A stretch of DNA of 64,000 bases, from positions 441,506 through 505,505 of the forward strand of contig CATQHF010000004.1 of NCBI GenBank assembly GCA_958295865.1, in the 5' to 3' direction. A program made the translations under genes and the position numbers. Under the pieces are notes generated by a model that was not told where the DNA came from, made no database searches, and saw only the letters and a program-made list of their open reading frames with translations. Source of the stretch: an uncultured Dehalococcoidia bacterium (lineage in GTDB: Bacteria > Chloroflexota > Dehalococcoidia > Lucifugimonadales > JADFKI01). Numbering within the stretch: the stretch's first letter is position 1; each line of letters starts with the position of its first letter. Below are positions 42,730 through 51,252 of this stretch, one piece after another.

Positions 42730-43653
42730 TTGCGGCAAAAGACGGCTATTCACGCCCACAACATCACGAAGAGATTCGACGAATTCACAGCGGTTGACGG
42801 TATCAGCTTCGACATTGCCGAGGGCGAGTGCTTCGGCTTCCTCGGTCCCAACGGCGCGGGCAAGACTTCCACGATGAAGATGCTCTCGTGCGTCTCGCCC
42901 GTCAGCGGCGGCGACCTGTTCGTGGACGGCAAGGATGTTCGCGGCGACCAGCGCGGCATCAAGTTCGCGCTCGGCATCGTGTCGCAGTCCGACAGCCTCG
43001 ACCCGGACCTGAGCGTACTCCAGAACCTGCTGACTTATGCTCGATACTTCAATATGCCGCGCGAGCTCGCGCGGGAACGCGCTTGGGAGTCGCTCACGCT
43101 GTTTCAGCTGGAGGAGAAGGCGCACCAGATGCTGGACGCGCTTTCCGGCGGCATGCGCCGCAGGCTGCTCATTGCGCGCGCCATGCTCCACACGCCCAAG
43201 ATACTCGTGCTCGACGAGCCGACGACCGGACTGGATCCGCAGGCGCGTCTGCTCGTCTGGGAGAAGCTCACCATGCTCAAGTCGCAGGGCATCACTATCC
43301 TGCTGACCACTCACTACATGGACGAAGCCGCCCATCTTTGCGACCGGCTCGTGGTGATGGATCGTGGCAGCATCCTCGTGGAGGGCGTGCCGCGCGCGCT
43401 GGTGCGCGAGCATGTCGGCGAACAGGTCGTTGAGCTGCGCGTCAGCCCCGCGCACATGACGGGCGTCGTGCAGCGGCTCACCAGCGACGGCATGAATTTC
43501 GAGTACGGCGGCGACTCGCTCTACTTCTACGGCGACAGCGGCGCAGCCTTGCAGGACGACGCATCGCTCAACGGCTACGAAATCATCCAGCGCCCGGGCA
43601 ACCTCGAAGACCTATTCCTGCGGCTAACCGGCAGAAATCTCCGCGAAGAGTGA
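42730..43653 (+). CDS. ABC transporter ATP-binding protein (ABC-2/DrrA-like)
   Basis: GFLGPNGAGKTST, LSGGMRRRL and ILVLDEPTTGLD. TTG start. Confidence 0.9.
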   Translation: MRQKTAIHAHNITKRFDEFTAVDGISFDIAEGECFGFLGPNGAGKTSTMKMLSCVSPVSGGDLFVDGKDVRGDQRGIKFALGIVSQSDSLDPDLSVLQNLLTYARYFNMPRELARERAWESLTLFQLEEKAHQMLDALSGGMRRRLLIARAMLHTPKILVLDEPTTGLDPQARLLVWEKLTMLKSQGITILLTTHYMDEAAHLCDRLVVMDRGSILVEGVPRALVREHVGEQVVELRVSPAHMTGVVQRLTSDGMNFEYGGDSLYFYGDSGAALQDDASLNGYEIIQRPGNLEDLFLRLTGRNLREE

Positions 43654-44450
43654 CGACAATGACGAGCCTGACCTCGATAATCCAGCAATCGCCCGTATGG
43701 GGCGGCTTCCGCGTATGGCAGCGCAACCGCGACGCCTTTCGCCGCGCTTGGCATCTTGAAATCGGGGGCATCGCCGTTGAGCCGTTCATACTGCTCATCG
43801 GCGTCGGGTTCGGTCTAGGCGCGTACATCTCCAACATCGGCGAGGGCGTCAGCTACCCGCACTTTCTCGCGCCTGGCGTCATCGCCGCCTACGCCATGTT
43901 CCATGCGACATTCGACGCCACCTATGGCGCGTACATCCGCATGGAGACGCACCATATCTATGAGTCCATCCTGTTCACGCCCCTTGGACCGGAGGACATC
44001 GTGGTGGGCGAGGTGATGTGGGGGGCGACGCGGGCGCTGATGTCCGCAATTGCCGTGATGCTCGTAGCCACGCTGTTCGGCTTGCTCGAATCGCCCTGGG
44101 CGATACTTGCGCTGCCAGTCGCATATCTCATCGGGCTGACCTTCGCCTCGATAAGCATGGTGATGACCGCGACCGCGTCCACGATAGGCGCGATGAACAA
44201 CTTCTTCACGCTCTTAATCCTGCCCATGTTCTGGGTGAGCGGCGTGTTCTTCCCCCTGGACAGGCTGCCGCAGATAGTGCAGAACCTCGCTTGGGCGCTG
44301 CCGCTCACGCCTGCCGCCGCCCTCGTACGCGGGCTGGTCGCCGGCGACCTCACGCCTTGGATGCTCCTCTGGACGCTTGAACTGGTGGCGTTCACGCTCG
44401 CCGGCCTCTGGTTCGCCTCGCGCTTCATGCGCCGCCGCCTCATAAAGTAG
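43650..44450 (+). CDS. ABC-2 type transporter permease
   Basis: 266 aa with six hydrophobic segments. It overlaps the ATPase gene by 4 bp (GTGA). Confidence 0.88.
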   Translation: MTTMTSLTSIIQQSPVWGGFRVWQRNRDAFRRAWHLEIGGIAVEPFILLIGVGFGLGAYISNIGEGVSYPHFLAPGVIAAYAMFHATFDATYGAYIRMETHHIYESILFTPLGPEDIVVGEVMWGATRALMSAIAVMLVATLFGLLESPWAILALPVAYLIGLTFASISMVMTATASTIGAMNNFFTLLILPMFWVSGVFFPLDRLPQIVQNLAWALPLTPAAALVRGLVAGDLTPWMLLWTLELVAFTLAGLWFASRFMRRRLIK

Positions 44451-44475
44451 CCACCATGTCGAGTAGGCTGGGGCG

Positions 44476-45609
44476 TTAGCTGCCGCCTATGAGTTGCTGG
44501 AAGGGGCTGGCGGGTTGTGGCGACGGGGTTATGGCGGTGGATATGCCGAGTTGCTGGATTATCCATGCGTATATGTCGGAGTTGAAGACGGCATAGACAT
44601 CGTGTTCGCGGCGCTGCTCGTTTATCCAGCGCTCTAGGGCGCGGGTCTTGAGGGCGTCGGCGTTGGTGGGGCTGAGTTCGCGCAGCTCGTCGATCTGTGA
44701 GACCATGAAGATGAAGCCTTGCTGCCGCTGATCCTTGTTGGGGATGGGGTCGCTAAGCTTGCCGACTTCCAGGTTGGCGATTACATCGTCGTAGTCTTCA
44801 AGCACGCCTAGGGGCAGCCAGCCGATTTCGCCGCCGAGCCGCACGCGCTCCGGCTCGTCACGCGAGAACTCGCGCGTAATCGCCTTGAACGCCTCGTGCA
44901 GCAGCAGCGGGTCGTCGCTCGCCTTCACATAGTCGTTGTACTTCGTCTGCAGGATGTCTATCTCATCGTCGTGGTTCACCGCGAGACGATAGACATGGTA
45001 CTGCTTGACGACGGTGGGCAGGTTTTCGCCGACATACTGGCGCACCTTCTCGCGCAGCAGCGAGCGGCGCACGATGTCGCGGTGCTCTGCCTCGCCTATC
45101 TGCGACGTATTCAGGAAGTTCGAGTAGAGTTCCCTGAACTCGCGGTCGAGCTGCTCTTCGGACTTGCCTATCAGACTTCCGCCGGCCTGGAAGATGATGG
45201 TCGCCTGAATCTGCTGGTCAACCTCTTCGTCGGAGACGGTGATGCCGATGCTTGGCGCGGACTGGCTGATAATCTCGTTCTCGACGATGAGCTGGAGCGC
45301 CTGAAAGATGTCGCTGCTGGTGTCGACGCGCTGACCTGAGTCTTCTAGGAGGCGCTGGCGGATGCGGAGCATCTTCACCATGTCGCCGCGCGTGTAGGTT
45401 ACATCGTTGACGCTGACGACGCGCTCTTGCGGCGGGCGCACGAAGATTATGACATAGCCGGCGAAGAGTATGCCGACTACGACGAGCAACAGCACGCCGA
45501 TGACGCCGAATGCGAGGCGGCGTCTGCGCTGAAGCTGCTGGATGCGGGTATTTTCGCGGCGGCGGTCGGTTCGGACGGCGTCGTCCGCTTGGGATGGGTC
45601 ATTTACCAC
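44476..45609 (-). CDS. Membrane-anchored SurA/PpiC-like chaperone (parvulin domain degenerate)
   Basis: N-terminal TM helix (FGVIGVLLLVVVGILFAGYVIIF), a SurA-N-like helical region, and a C-terminal parvulin-like segment (GGEIGWLPLGVLEDYDDVIANLEVGKLSDPI). Confidence 0.75.
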   Translation of the reverse strand: MVNDPSQADDAVRTDRRRENTRIQQLQRRRRLAFGVIGVLLLVVVGILFAGYVIIFVRPPQERVVSVNDVTYTRGDMVKMLRIRQRLLEDSGQRVDTSSDIFQALQLIVENEIISQSAPSIGITVSDEEVDQQIQATIIFQAGGSLIGKSEEQLDREFRELYSNFLNTSQIGEAEHRDIVRRSLLREKVRQYVGENLPTVVKQYHVYRLAVNHDDEIDILQTKYNDYVKASDDPLLLHEAFKAITREFSRDEPERVRLGGEIGWLPLGVLEDYDDVIANLEVGKLSDPIPNKDQRQQGFIFMVSQIDELRELSPTNADALKTRALERWINEQRREHDVYAVFNSDIYAWIIQQLGISTAITPSPQPASPFQQLIGGS

Positions 45610-45633
45610 TTGTCAGATTCCTCAGAGGCTAAA

Positions 45634-46026
45634 CTATGCGGCGTAGCCGCCGCCGGGCATCTTGTGGTCGGGGCTGAACGGGATGAGCGCGATTATGCGG
45701 GCGCGCTTGATGGCGCGGGAGAGGGCGCGCTGGTGCTTGGAGCACACGCCGGTCTTGCGCCGCGATTCCATCTTGTAGCGGTCAGATATGAAGCGCCGCA
45801 TCCTGCCGATGTCCTTGTAGTCGATGTGCTTCACCTTGTCCACGCAGAAGGTGCATATCTTGCGGCGGGCGTAGTAGCGGGGCCTGCCGCGCCTGCGCTG
45901 GAAGCCTCCCTGTCCGCCGCCGCCTCTGTACGGGGGCCTGCCGCCGGATGCGGGACGGGGCGCGCCGGGGCCGCCGGAGGGTCGGGGCGCTGCGGGAGCC
46001 GGACTGCCGGTTTGTTGTGTGGTCAT
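45634..46026 (-). CDS. rpsR: 30S ribosomal protein S18 with ~55-aa Gly/Pro/Arg-rich N-terminal extension
   Basis: The core RRKICTFCVDKVKHIDYKDIGRMRRFISDRYKMESRRKTGVCSKHQRALSRAIKRARIIALIPF is canonical S18. The N-terminus is TGSPAPAAPRPSGGPGAPRPASGGRPPYRGGGGQGGFQRRRGRPR. Confidence 0.93.
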   Translation of the reverse strand: MTTQQTGSPAPAAPRPSGGPGAPRPASGGRPPYRGGGGQGGFQRRRGRPRYYARRKICTFCVDKVKHIDYKDIGRMRRFISDRYKMESRRKTGVCSKHQRALSRAIKRARIIALIPFSPDHKMPGGGYAA

Positions 46027-46105
46027 GGGCTTACCTCATTTATTTGGTCGGTTTGTCGGTCGGTCGGTGGTGTTCCGTATAGACGGGGGTGTCGTTGTTT
46101 TTCGC

Positions 46106-47113
46106 TCACCTGCTCATGAAGCCATGCACCAGCAATGCCGCTACGACCGCGATCGAGCCGCCGATGATGGCGTAGAACAGCCTGTCGATGCGCGCGGTCA
46201 CCCTGGCTTCGAGTGCATCCATGCGGGATTCCGTGCGGGAGTTCGTGGCGCTTTGTTCTTCGCGCATAGTATCCATGCTAGACTTCATAGCGTCCATGCT
46301 GGATTTCGTAGTATCCATGCGGGAGTTCGTGGAGCTCTGTTCTTCGCGCATGGTATCTAGGCGGGATTCCGTGCGGGCGTTGGTGGCGCTTTGTTCTTCG
46401 CGCATGGTATCTAGGCGGGAGTTGGTAGCGCTTTGTTCTTCGCGCATAGTATCCATGCTGGATTTCATAGCGTCCATGCTGGATTTCATGGTGATTTGCT
46501 CTTCACGCATATTATCCGTGCTGGATTTCATGGCGCTTTGTCCTTCGCGCATATCATCCAGGCGGGAGTTCACAGCGTCCATGCTGGATTTCATGGTGAT
46601 TTGTTCTTCGCGCATCGCATCAATGCGGACATTCATGGCGTCTAAACGGGCGTTTGTGGAGCTCTGTTCTTCGCGCATAGCGTCCATGTGGATATTCAAG
46701 GCATCCATGCGGGAGTTCATGGCGCTTTGCTTTTCGCGCATATCATCTATGCGGACATTCATAGCGTCCAAGCGGGAGTTCATGACACTTTGTTCTTTGT
46801 GCACAGCGTCCAGACGAGAGTTCATGATGATTTGCTCGTCGCGCAAAGTGTCAATGCGGATATTTATAGTGTTTATGCGCGTGTTCGTGGCGATTAGTTC
46901 GTTGCGGATAGTGTCCAGGTGAACATTCGTGGCGCTCTGCTCGTCGCGCACAGCGTCCGTGCGGATATTCATGGCGTCTATGCGCGTGTTCATAGCGTCC
47001 ATGCGGGAGTTCATGGCGCTCTGTTCTTCGCGTGTAGCCAGCACGGCGTCTTCAAGACGCTCGATGACGCGCCATATACGAGGTTCGTCAATTATGTCGG
47101 TATCGGCAACCAT
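46106..47113 (-). CDS. Tail-anchored coiled-coil protein built from about 38 consecutive Met-rich heptads
   Basis: 335 aa with units MNSRMDA / MREEQSA / MKSSMDA in unbroken 7-residue (21-bp) register, two TESR stutters, and the C-terminal TM helix LFYAIIGGSIAVVAALLVHGF. It lies between ssb and rpsR with 36- and 79-bp gaps. Confidence 0.75.
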   Translation of the reverse strand: MVADTDIIDEPRIWRVIERLEDAVLATREEQSAMNSRMDAMNTRIDAMNIRTDAVRDEQSATNVHLDTIRNELIATNTRINTINIRIDTLRDEQIIMNSRLDAVHKEQSVMNSRLDAMNVRIDDMREKQSAMNSRMDALNIHMDAMREEQSSTNARLDAMNVRIDAMREEQITMKSSMDAVNSRLDDMREGQSAMKSSTDNMREEQITMKSSMDAMKSSMDTMREEQSATNSRLDTMREEQSATNARTESRLDTMREEQSSTNSRMDTTKSSMDAMKSSMDTMREEQSATNSRTESRMDALEARVTARIDRLFYAIIGGSIAVVAALLVHGFMSR

Positions 47114-47149
47114 TGGAGTTCTCCGGCGTCGCTATGATTGGAGCTGAAA

Positions 47150-47617
47150 TTACCAAGGGAGGTCGTCGGCGTCTGATGGGTCTTCGGGTGGGGCACCGCC
47201 ATAGCCGCCGGAAGCGCCGTAGCCACCACCACCGCCACCATAACCGCCGCCGCCGTAGCCGCCGGGTTCGCCCGGGGGGCCGCCGCCGGCCTGGGGACGG
47301 TCAAGGAATTGGACGGTATTTGCAAATATCTCGTTGCTAAAGCGCGTCTGGCCATCTTGACCTATCCAAGAACGACTCCTGAGGCTGCCCTCGACATAGA
47401 CTTTCATGCCTTTGGTGACATAGTTGTTGCAGACTTCAGCCAAGCGGTTCCAGGCTGAGACATTGAACCACTCCGTCTCCTGTTGGCGCTCGCCGCCGGC
47501 CGGTGTGTAAGTCCTGTTGACAGCGACGCTGAACGAGGTTACGGCGTTGCCGTTAGGCGTGTATCGCATCTCGGGGTCTCTGCCCACATTACCTATAATT
47601 AGCAATTTGTTAAGCAT
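47150..47617 (-). CDS. ssb: Single-stranded DNA-binding protein
   Basis: OB fold (MLNKLLIIGNVGRDPEMRYTPNGNAVTSFSVAVNR...TEWFNVSAW), a Gly-rich linker, and an acidic tip ending DADDLPW. Confidence 0.95.
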   Translation of the reverse strand: MLNKLLIIGNVGRDPEMRYTPNGNAVTSFSVAVNRTYTPAGGERQQETEWFNVSAWNRLAEVCNNYVTKGMKVYVEGSLRSRSWIGQDGQTRFSNEIFANTVQFLDRPQAGGGPPGEPGGYGGGGYGGGGGGYGASGGYGGAPPEDPSDADDLPW

Positions 47618-47654
47618 AGATATAACCCTCTTGATTCATGGGGCTTGGACAAGG

Positions 47655-47951
47655 CTAGAGCTTGGTAACGAGATGTCTGATGATGTCCTCGGATGTGTTG
47701 AGGCTGCGGTCGAGGTCTAGCACATCGTCGGCGTCAAGGCTGAACTTGGCGAGGATGTAGATACCTTCCATGAACTTGTTGATTGGGTATGCGAGGCGTC
47801 TGAGTCCCCAGATTTCGCGCTCGCTGACGCTGCCGCCGCGGTCGGCGATGAATGCGCTGACGCGCTCTATCGCCGCTTCGATTTCGCCTTCGTTAGCCTC
47901 AGGCGTGAGAATCATTACAATCTCGTAGTCCCGTAGTCGCTGAGCTACCAC
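47655..47951 (-). CDS. rpsF: 30S ribosomal protein S6
   Basis: RDYEIVMILTPE...REIWGLRRLAYPINK. GTG start preceded by AGGAG. Confidence 0.92.
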   Translation of the reverse strand: MVAQRLRDYEIVMILTPEANEGEIEAAIERVSAFIADRGGSVSEREIWGLRRLAYPINKFMEGIYILAKFSLDADDVLDLDRSLNTSEDIIRHLVTKL

Positions 47952-48006
47952 GCTATGCTCCTGTATCTGTGTGTTGTGCGCTGTTACGCAAAAGTGCGTA
48001 CACGCA

Positions 48007-48037
48007 ATTATATCACGCTTGACTATCAGGCGTGCAA
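48007..48037 (-). promoter_or_regulatory. Putative extended -10 promoter of the rpsF operon
   Basis: The minus strand reads TTGCAC, 19 nt, then TGATATAAT (TGn plus TATAAT). This is about 50 nt upstream of the rpsF start and directly abuts MITE A5. Confidence 0.45.
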
Positions 48038-48052
48038 TCCAATCTCATCTTC

Positions 48053-48151
48053 GAGAAAGTTGCATTGGTACAGTTTAGCCGTCGATGGGCAAGCATTTCC
48101 CCCCATCCTAACCTTCCCCCATCAAGGGGCAGGGACTAATGCAATTTTTTC
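48053..48151. mobile_element. MITE family A copy (A5)
   Basis: GAGAAAGTTGCATTGG...CTAATGCAATTTTTTC. It is followed by the right half of a B element, as at 50909. Confidence 0.7.
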
Positions 48152-48254
48152 AGAGTATCAGAATGTAGGCATTTTCGCATATTTTAGGGCTATTTCAAAG
48201 CGCCGGATGCCTGCGAAAGCAGGAATGACGGGGTGAAAAGTCGAACTGTGTCAT
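48152..48254 (+). mobile_element. MITE family B, right half (B5)
   Basis: AGAGTATCAGAATGTAGGCATTTTCGCATATTTTAGGGCTATTTCAAAGCGCCGGATGCCTGCGAAAGCAGGAATGACGG...TGTGTCAT, followed by CTAA. Confidence 0.6.
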
Positions 48255-48316
48255 CTAAAATGTCGGTGTCAGTATAACACCGAAATATGTCGTCTGAAAA
48301 TTGCGCTCAATGGGAC

Positions 48317-48418
48317 GAGAAAATTGCATTAGCGCAGTTTAGCCGTCGATGGGCAAGCATTTTCACCCCCATCCTAACCTTCACCCTAGATGGGGGGAAG
48401 GGACTAATGCAATTTCTC
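48317..48418. mobile_element. MITE family A copy (A6)
   Basis: GAGAAAATTGCATTAGCGC...CTAATGCAATTTCTC. The flanking 7-mers ATGGGAC and ACAGGAC match 5/7. Confidence 0.7.
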
Positions 48419-48451
48419 ACAGGACGGGGTGGCGGCGACTTTGGGATGTCT

Positions 48452-50641
48452 TTAGTCTTGGAAGGGGAACTCTGCCTTCCAGAGTTGCCCCTCGTCAGGG
48501 GTGTACTGTCCCGTTCTGATGTGGGTGATGGCGTATTCGGGGAGCGGGACGGTCACTATGCACTTCCCGTCGAACATTATGCCAGAGTTGCCAAAGTCAA
48601 AATCCAGATTGTCGAACTCGTATTGCTTGCGGTCTGTGGGCAGGTCATCCATGTCGGCAGGGATGATATGCAGGAAGAAGCGCGCTTCGGTGTCGGCGGG
48701 GGCGCATGGCTGCTTGGCGTAGCTCAGCAGGTTCTCCGCAAGATAGATGTCGAATGTCGAGCGGGCTGTGGGTTCGCCGATGTCGCCGGACACGATTGAC
48801 TGGTATCTTTTCTCGATGGCGGCATCTTTGGCGCTACCGCTGGAGGGGAACTCCACCTTCCAGAGTTGCCCCTCGTCAGGGGTGTACTGTCCTGTTCTAA
48901 TGTGGTTGATGGCGTATTCGGGGAGCGGGATAGTCGCCATGCACTTCCCGTCGAACACGATACCGGGGATGCCGGGGCTGTCAAAGTCAAAGTCCAGATT
49001 GTCGAATCCGGACTGCTTGCGGTAGCCGGGCAGGTCGTTCATGTCGGCGGGGATGATATGCAGGAAGAACTTCGCTTTGACGTCGGCAGGGGCGCATGGC
49101 TGCTTGGTGTAGGTGAGCGTGTTCTCCGCAAGATAGATGTCGAATGTCGAGCGGGCTTTCGGTTCGTCGGACGCGATTGACTCGTACAGCGCTTCAAGCG
49201 CGCCGCTATCCACCACGATGATCTCGTCCCAGCCCGGTCTCTCGAAGTAGTTGTACTGTCCTATATGGATGTGAGCGATGGCGTATTCCGGGAGTGGGAC
49301 GCTGCCTAGGCACTTCCCGTCGAACCGCCTCCCGTGCCAGTCAAGGTAGAAAACCTGCGTGCCAAACCAGCGCTGCCCTATGTCGTCGGGGAGTGCGTCC
49401 ACGCTGACGGGAGTGATGCGTAGAAAGAACCTCGCCCTTGTATCCGTGAATGTGCAATCCTCCTTGTAGTAGATGAGCCGGTCGTCTGTCAAATAGACAT
49501 CGAAGTCGGAACGGATTGCGGGTTCGCCGTAAGCGCCTGACGCTATGGAGCGGTACACTGTTTCGATTGTGGCTGCTTCTGCTCTAGCGCTGGAATACTG
49601 CGAGAGAATCAACCCGATGCCGCAAACGATTACAATGAAGCATATCGCCAACAGGTGGAGTGGCAAGAAATCCATACTTGGGCTTGCGTCCGGTGAGCGT
49701 TTGCGGCGGAACGGCAGCGCAATCCCTGTCCGCATGCACATCGCGCTTACGCCGCCGAACAATGCCGCTAGCTTGTGCCGCGCCGCTCCCTGAGCCAGCA
49801 GCAGCTCGAGAGCGTAGAAGACGCAGAAGACGCTGATCATATACTCTCTCATCTCCTGCTTGCCCAAGTATCTATTGTGCCCGTCCATGTACGAAACGGC
49901 TAACACTACGACTGCGGTAGAAGTGGCGGTGATGAACAATGCGGCTTGTCCGCGCAACAAGGCGAAGATGCCCAAAAGCAGCAGCAGCAGATATTTCGGC
50001 GCGATGAAGATGAAATACGGCATCCAATCAAATCTTGTGCCGTCTCGATGGGACGCCATCACAATAAAACCCAACACTAGCAATATCGATGGCAATGGGA
50101 TGGCAAAGAGCGAATGTTTGCGGCAAAAGAAGGCGACGCAGGCTATAATGCACAGCGCCAGCCCTCCATATCGATAGATTTTGGGAAAGAGAGCGTAGTT
50201 GATGTTGTGGACATTGAACTCGTGCTGACGATTCACGCCTATTAGGAAGTCGGGCGTGGCGAAGCCGAATATGCGCTGTCCCCAGCTGAGTTCTTCGCCG
50301 GCGGCGAACACCAGCACGATACCGCCGAGGATATAGACGCAACTCCGCCACAAACTGCGCTCCGCCGCAGCCGTGAAGAACAGCAGGACGCCCGTCAGCA
50401 GAAACAGCGCGGCGGTGAGATTCTCCACCCAGTAGTCTTCTCGTATCAGCGCCAGGTAGTTCCAAGGCTGAGCAATTATGAGCCAGCCTAAGAACATCAG
50501 GCTCACGCAGATGCAGAGGTAGCCGAAGGCGGAAACGCGGCCGCCTAGGATCTCCGCACCTTCCCCTGTACTTATGTTCTGCAAACGCGCGGAGATAGCC
50601 CGCCTAAGGCTGTTCAGGGTGGGGGTGTTGGGTGGGGTCAT
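48452..50641 (-). CDS. Polytopic membrane protein with three C-terminal ~120-aa repeat modules (same module as in 26765..29569)
   Basis: The N-terminal half has about 10 TM helices with AAGEELSWGQRIFGF. The C-terminal half has three copies of (A)RS(D/T)FD(V/I)YLxxxxLxYxKxxC...FFL(R/H)I.P...LP...DGKC...(V/I)PLPEYAIxHI(R/H)xGQY. Confidence 0.85.
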   Translation of the reverse strand: MTPPNTPTLNSLRRAISARLQNISTGEGAEILGGRVSAFGYLCICVSLMFLGWLIIAQPWNYLALIREDYWVENLTAALFLLTGVLLFFTAAAERSLWRSCVYILGGIVLVFAAGEELSWGQRIFGFATPDFLIGVNRQHEFNVHNINYALFPKIYRYGGLALCIIACVAFFCRKHSLFAIPLPSILLVLGFIVMASHRDGTRFDWMPYFIFIAPKYLLLLLLGIFALLRGQAALFITATSTAVVVLAVSYMDGHNRYLGKQEMREYMISVFCVFYALELLLAQGAARHKLAALFGGVSAMCMRTGIALPFRRKRSPDASPSMDFLPLHLLAICFIVIVCGIGLILSQYSSARAEAATIETVYRSIASGAYGEPAIRSDFDVYLTDDRLIYYKEDCTFTDTRARFFLRITPVSVDALPDDIGQRWFGTQVFYLDWHGRRFDGKCLGSVPLPEYAIAHIHIGQYNYFERPGWDEIIVVDSGALEALYESIASDEPKARSTFDIYLAENTLTYTKQPCAPADVKAKFFLHIIPADMNDLPGYRKQSGFDNLDFDFDSPGIPGIVFDGKCMATIPLPEYAINHIRTGQYTPDEGQLWKVEFPSSGSAKDAAIEKRYQSIVSGDIGEPTARSTFDIYLAENLLSYAKQPCAPADTEARFFLHIIPADMDDLPTDRKQYEFDNLDFDFGNSGIMFDGKCIVTVPLPEYAITHIRTGQYTPDEGQLWKAEFPFQD

Positions 50642-50695
50642 GCTTTTCGGAGCGGGGTTACGCTAATCAGGGGACGGCGTAACTGCGTTATCTAG

Positions 50696-50988
50696 GTTGT
50701 GTGGGCATTTGCGTCATTCCCGTGAAAATGGGAATCCAGAATATGAGAAAATTGCATTAGCGCAGTTTAGCCGTCGATGGGCAAACATTTTCATCCTCAT
50801 CCTAACCTTCATCCATCAAGGGGGGAAGGGACATCCACATCTGCGGCGTCCTCGCCTCGCCGACGAACCTTCCCCCATCAAGGGGGAAGGGACTAATGCA
50901 GTTTTCTCAGAATATCAGAATGTAGTCATTTTCGCATATTTCAGGGCTATCTCAAAGCGCCGGATTCCTGCGAAAGCAGGAATGACGG
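50696..50988 (+). mobile_element. MITE B copy (B4) split by MITE A copy A7
   Basis: CTAG | GTTGTGTGGGCATTTGCGTCATTCCCGTGAAAATGGGAATCCAGAATAT | A7 | AGAATATCAGAATGTAGTC...CTGCGAAAGCAGGAATGACGG. Confidence 0.75.
50745..50908. mobile_element. MITE family A copy (A7), expanded, nested inside B4
   Basis: TIRs GAGAAAATTGCATTAG / CTAATGCAGTTTTCTC. The 7-bp direct repeat AGAATAT lies immediately on both sides (50738-50744 and 50909-50915). Removing A7 plus one repeat restores the uninterrupted B sequence seen in B1 and B3. Confidence 0.85.
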
Positions 50989-51026
50989 AGAAAATTGCTG
51001 CGTCATGTTAGGGATGGCTGTGGGTT

Positions 51027-51140
51027 AGGATTTCAGATTCCTCACTCCGTTCGGAATGACAGGGGAGTAGGGTTCGGAATGACAGGGAGAGGGGCGTTCG
51101 GAATGACAGTGGAATGGGGTTCGGAATGACATTGGAGGTG
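51027..51140. repeat. Short tandem array, four units of about 22-24 bp with core GTTCGGAATGACAG
   Basis: CCGTTCGGAATGACAGGGGAGTAGG / GTTCGGAATGACAGGGAGAGGGGC / GTTCGGAATGACAGTGGAATGGG / GTTCGGAATGACATTGGAGGTGGG. Confidence 0.7.
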
Positions 51141-51252
51141 GGCGCGTGGTGAGCATGTTGAAGGGTGGTTCGACATGCTCACCATGAACGGATTGGAGTT
51201 TGACAGCGATAATGAAAAGACCCTGATAAGGCTGACAGGATAAGGGACAAAA

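Noticed and set aside
46188-47147. Several 70-244-aa plus-strand ORFs (46188..46922, 46433..46645, 46688..46897, 46919..47137, 46929..47147)
   Set aside because: These are artefacts of the 21-bp periodic repeat. The periodic sequence is open in several frames on both strands, and only the minus-strand frame has a start, a coherent heptad pattern and a terminal TM helix.
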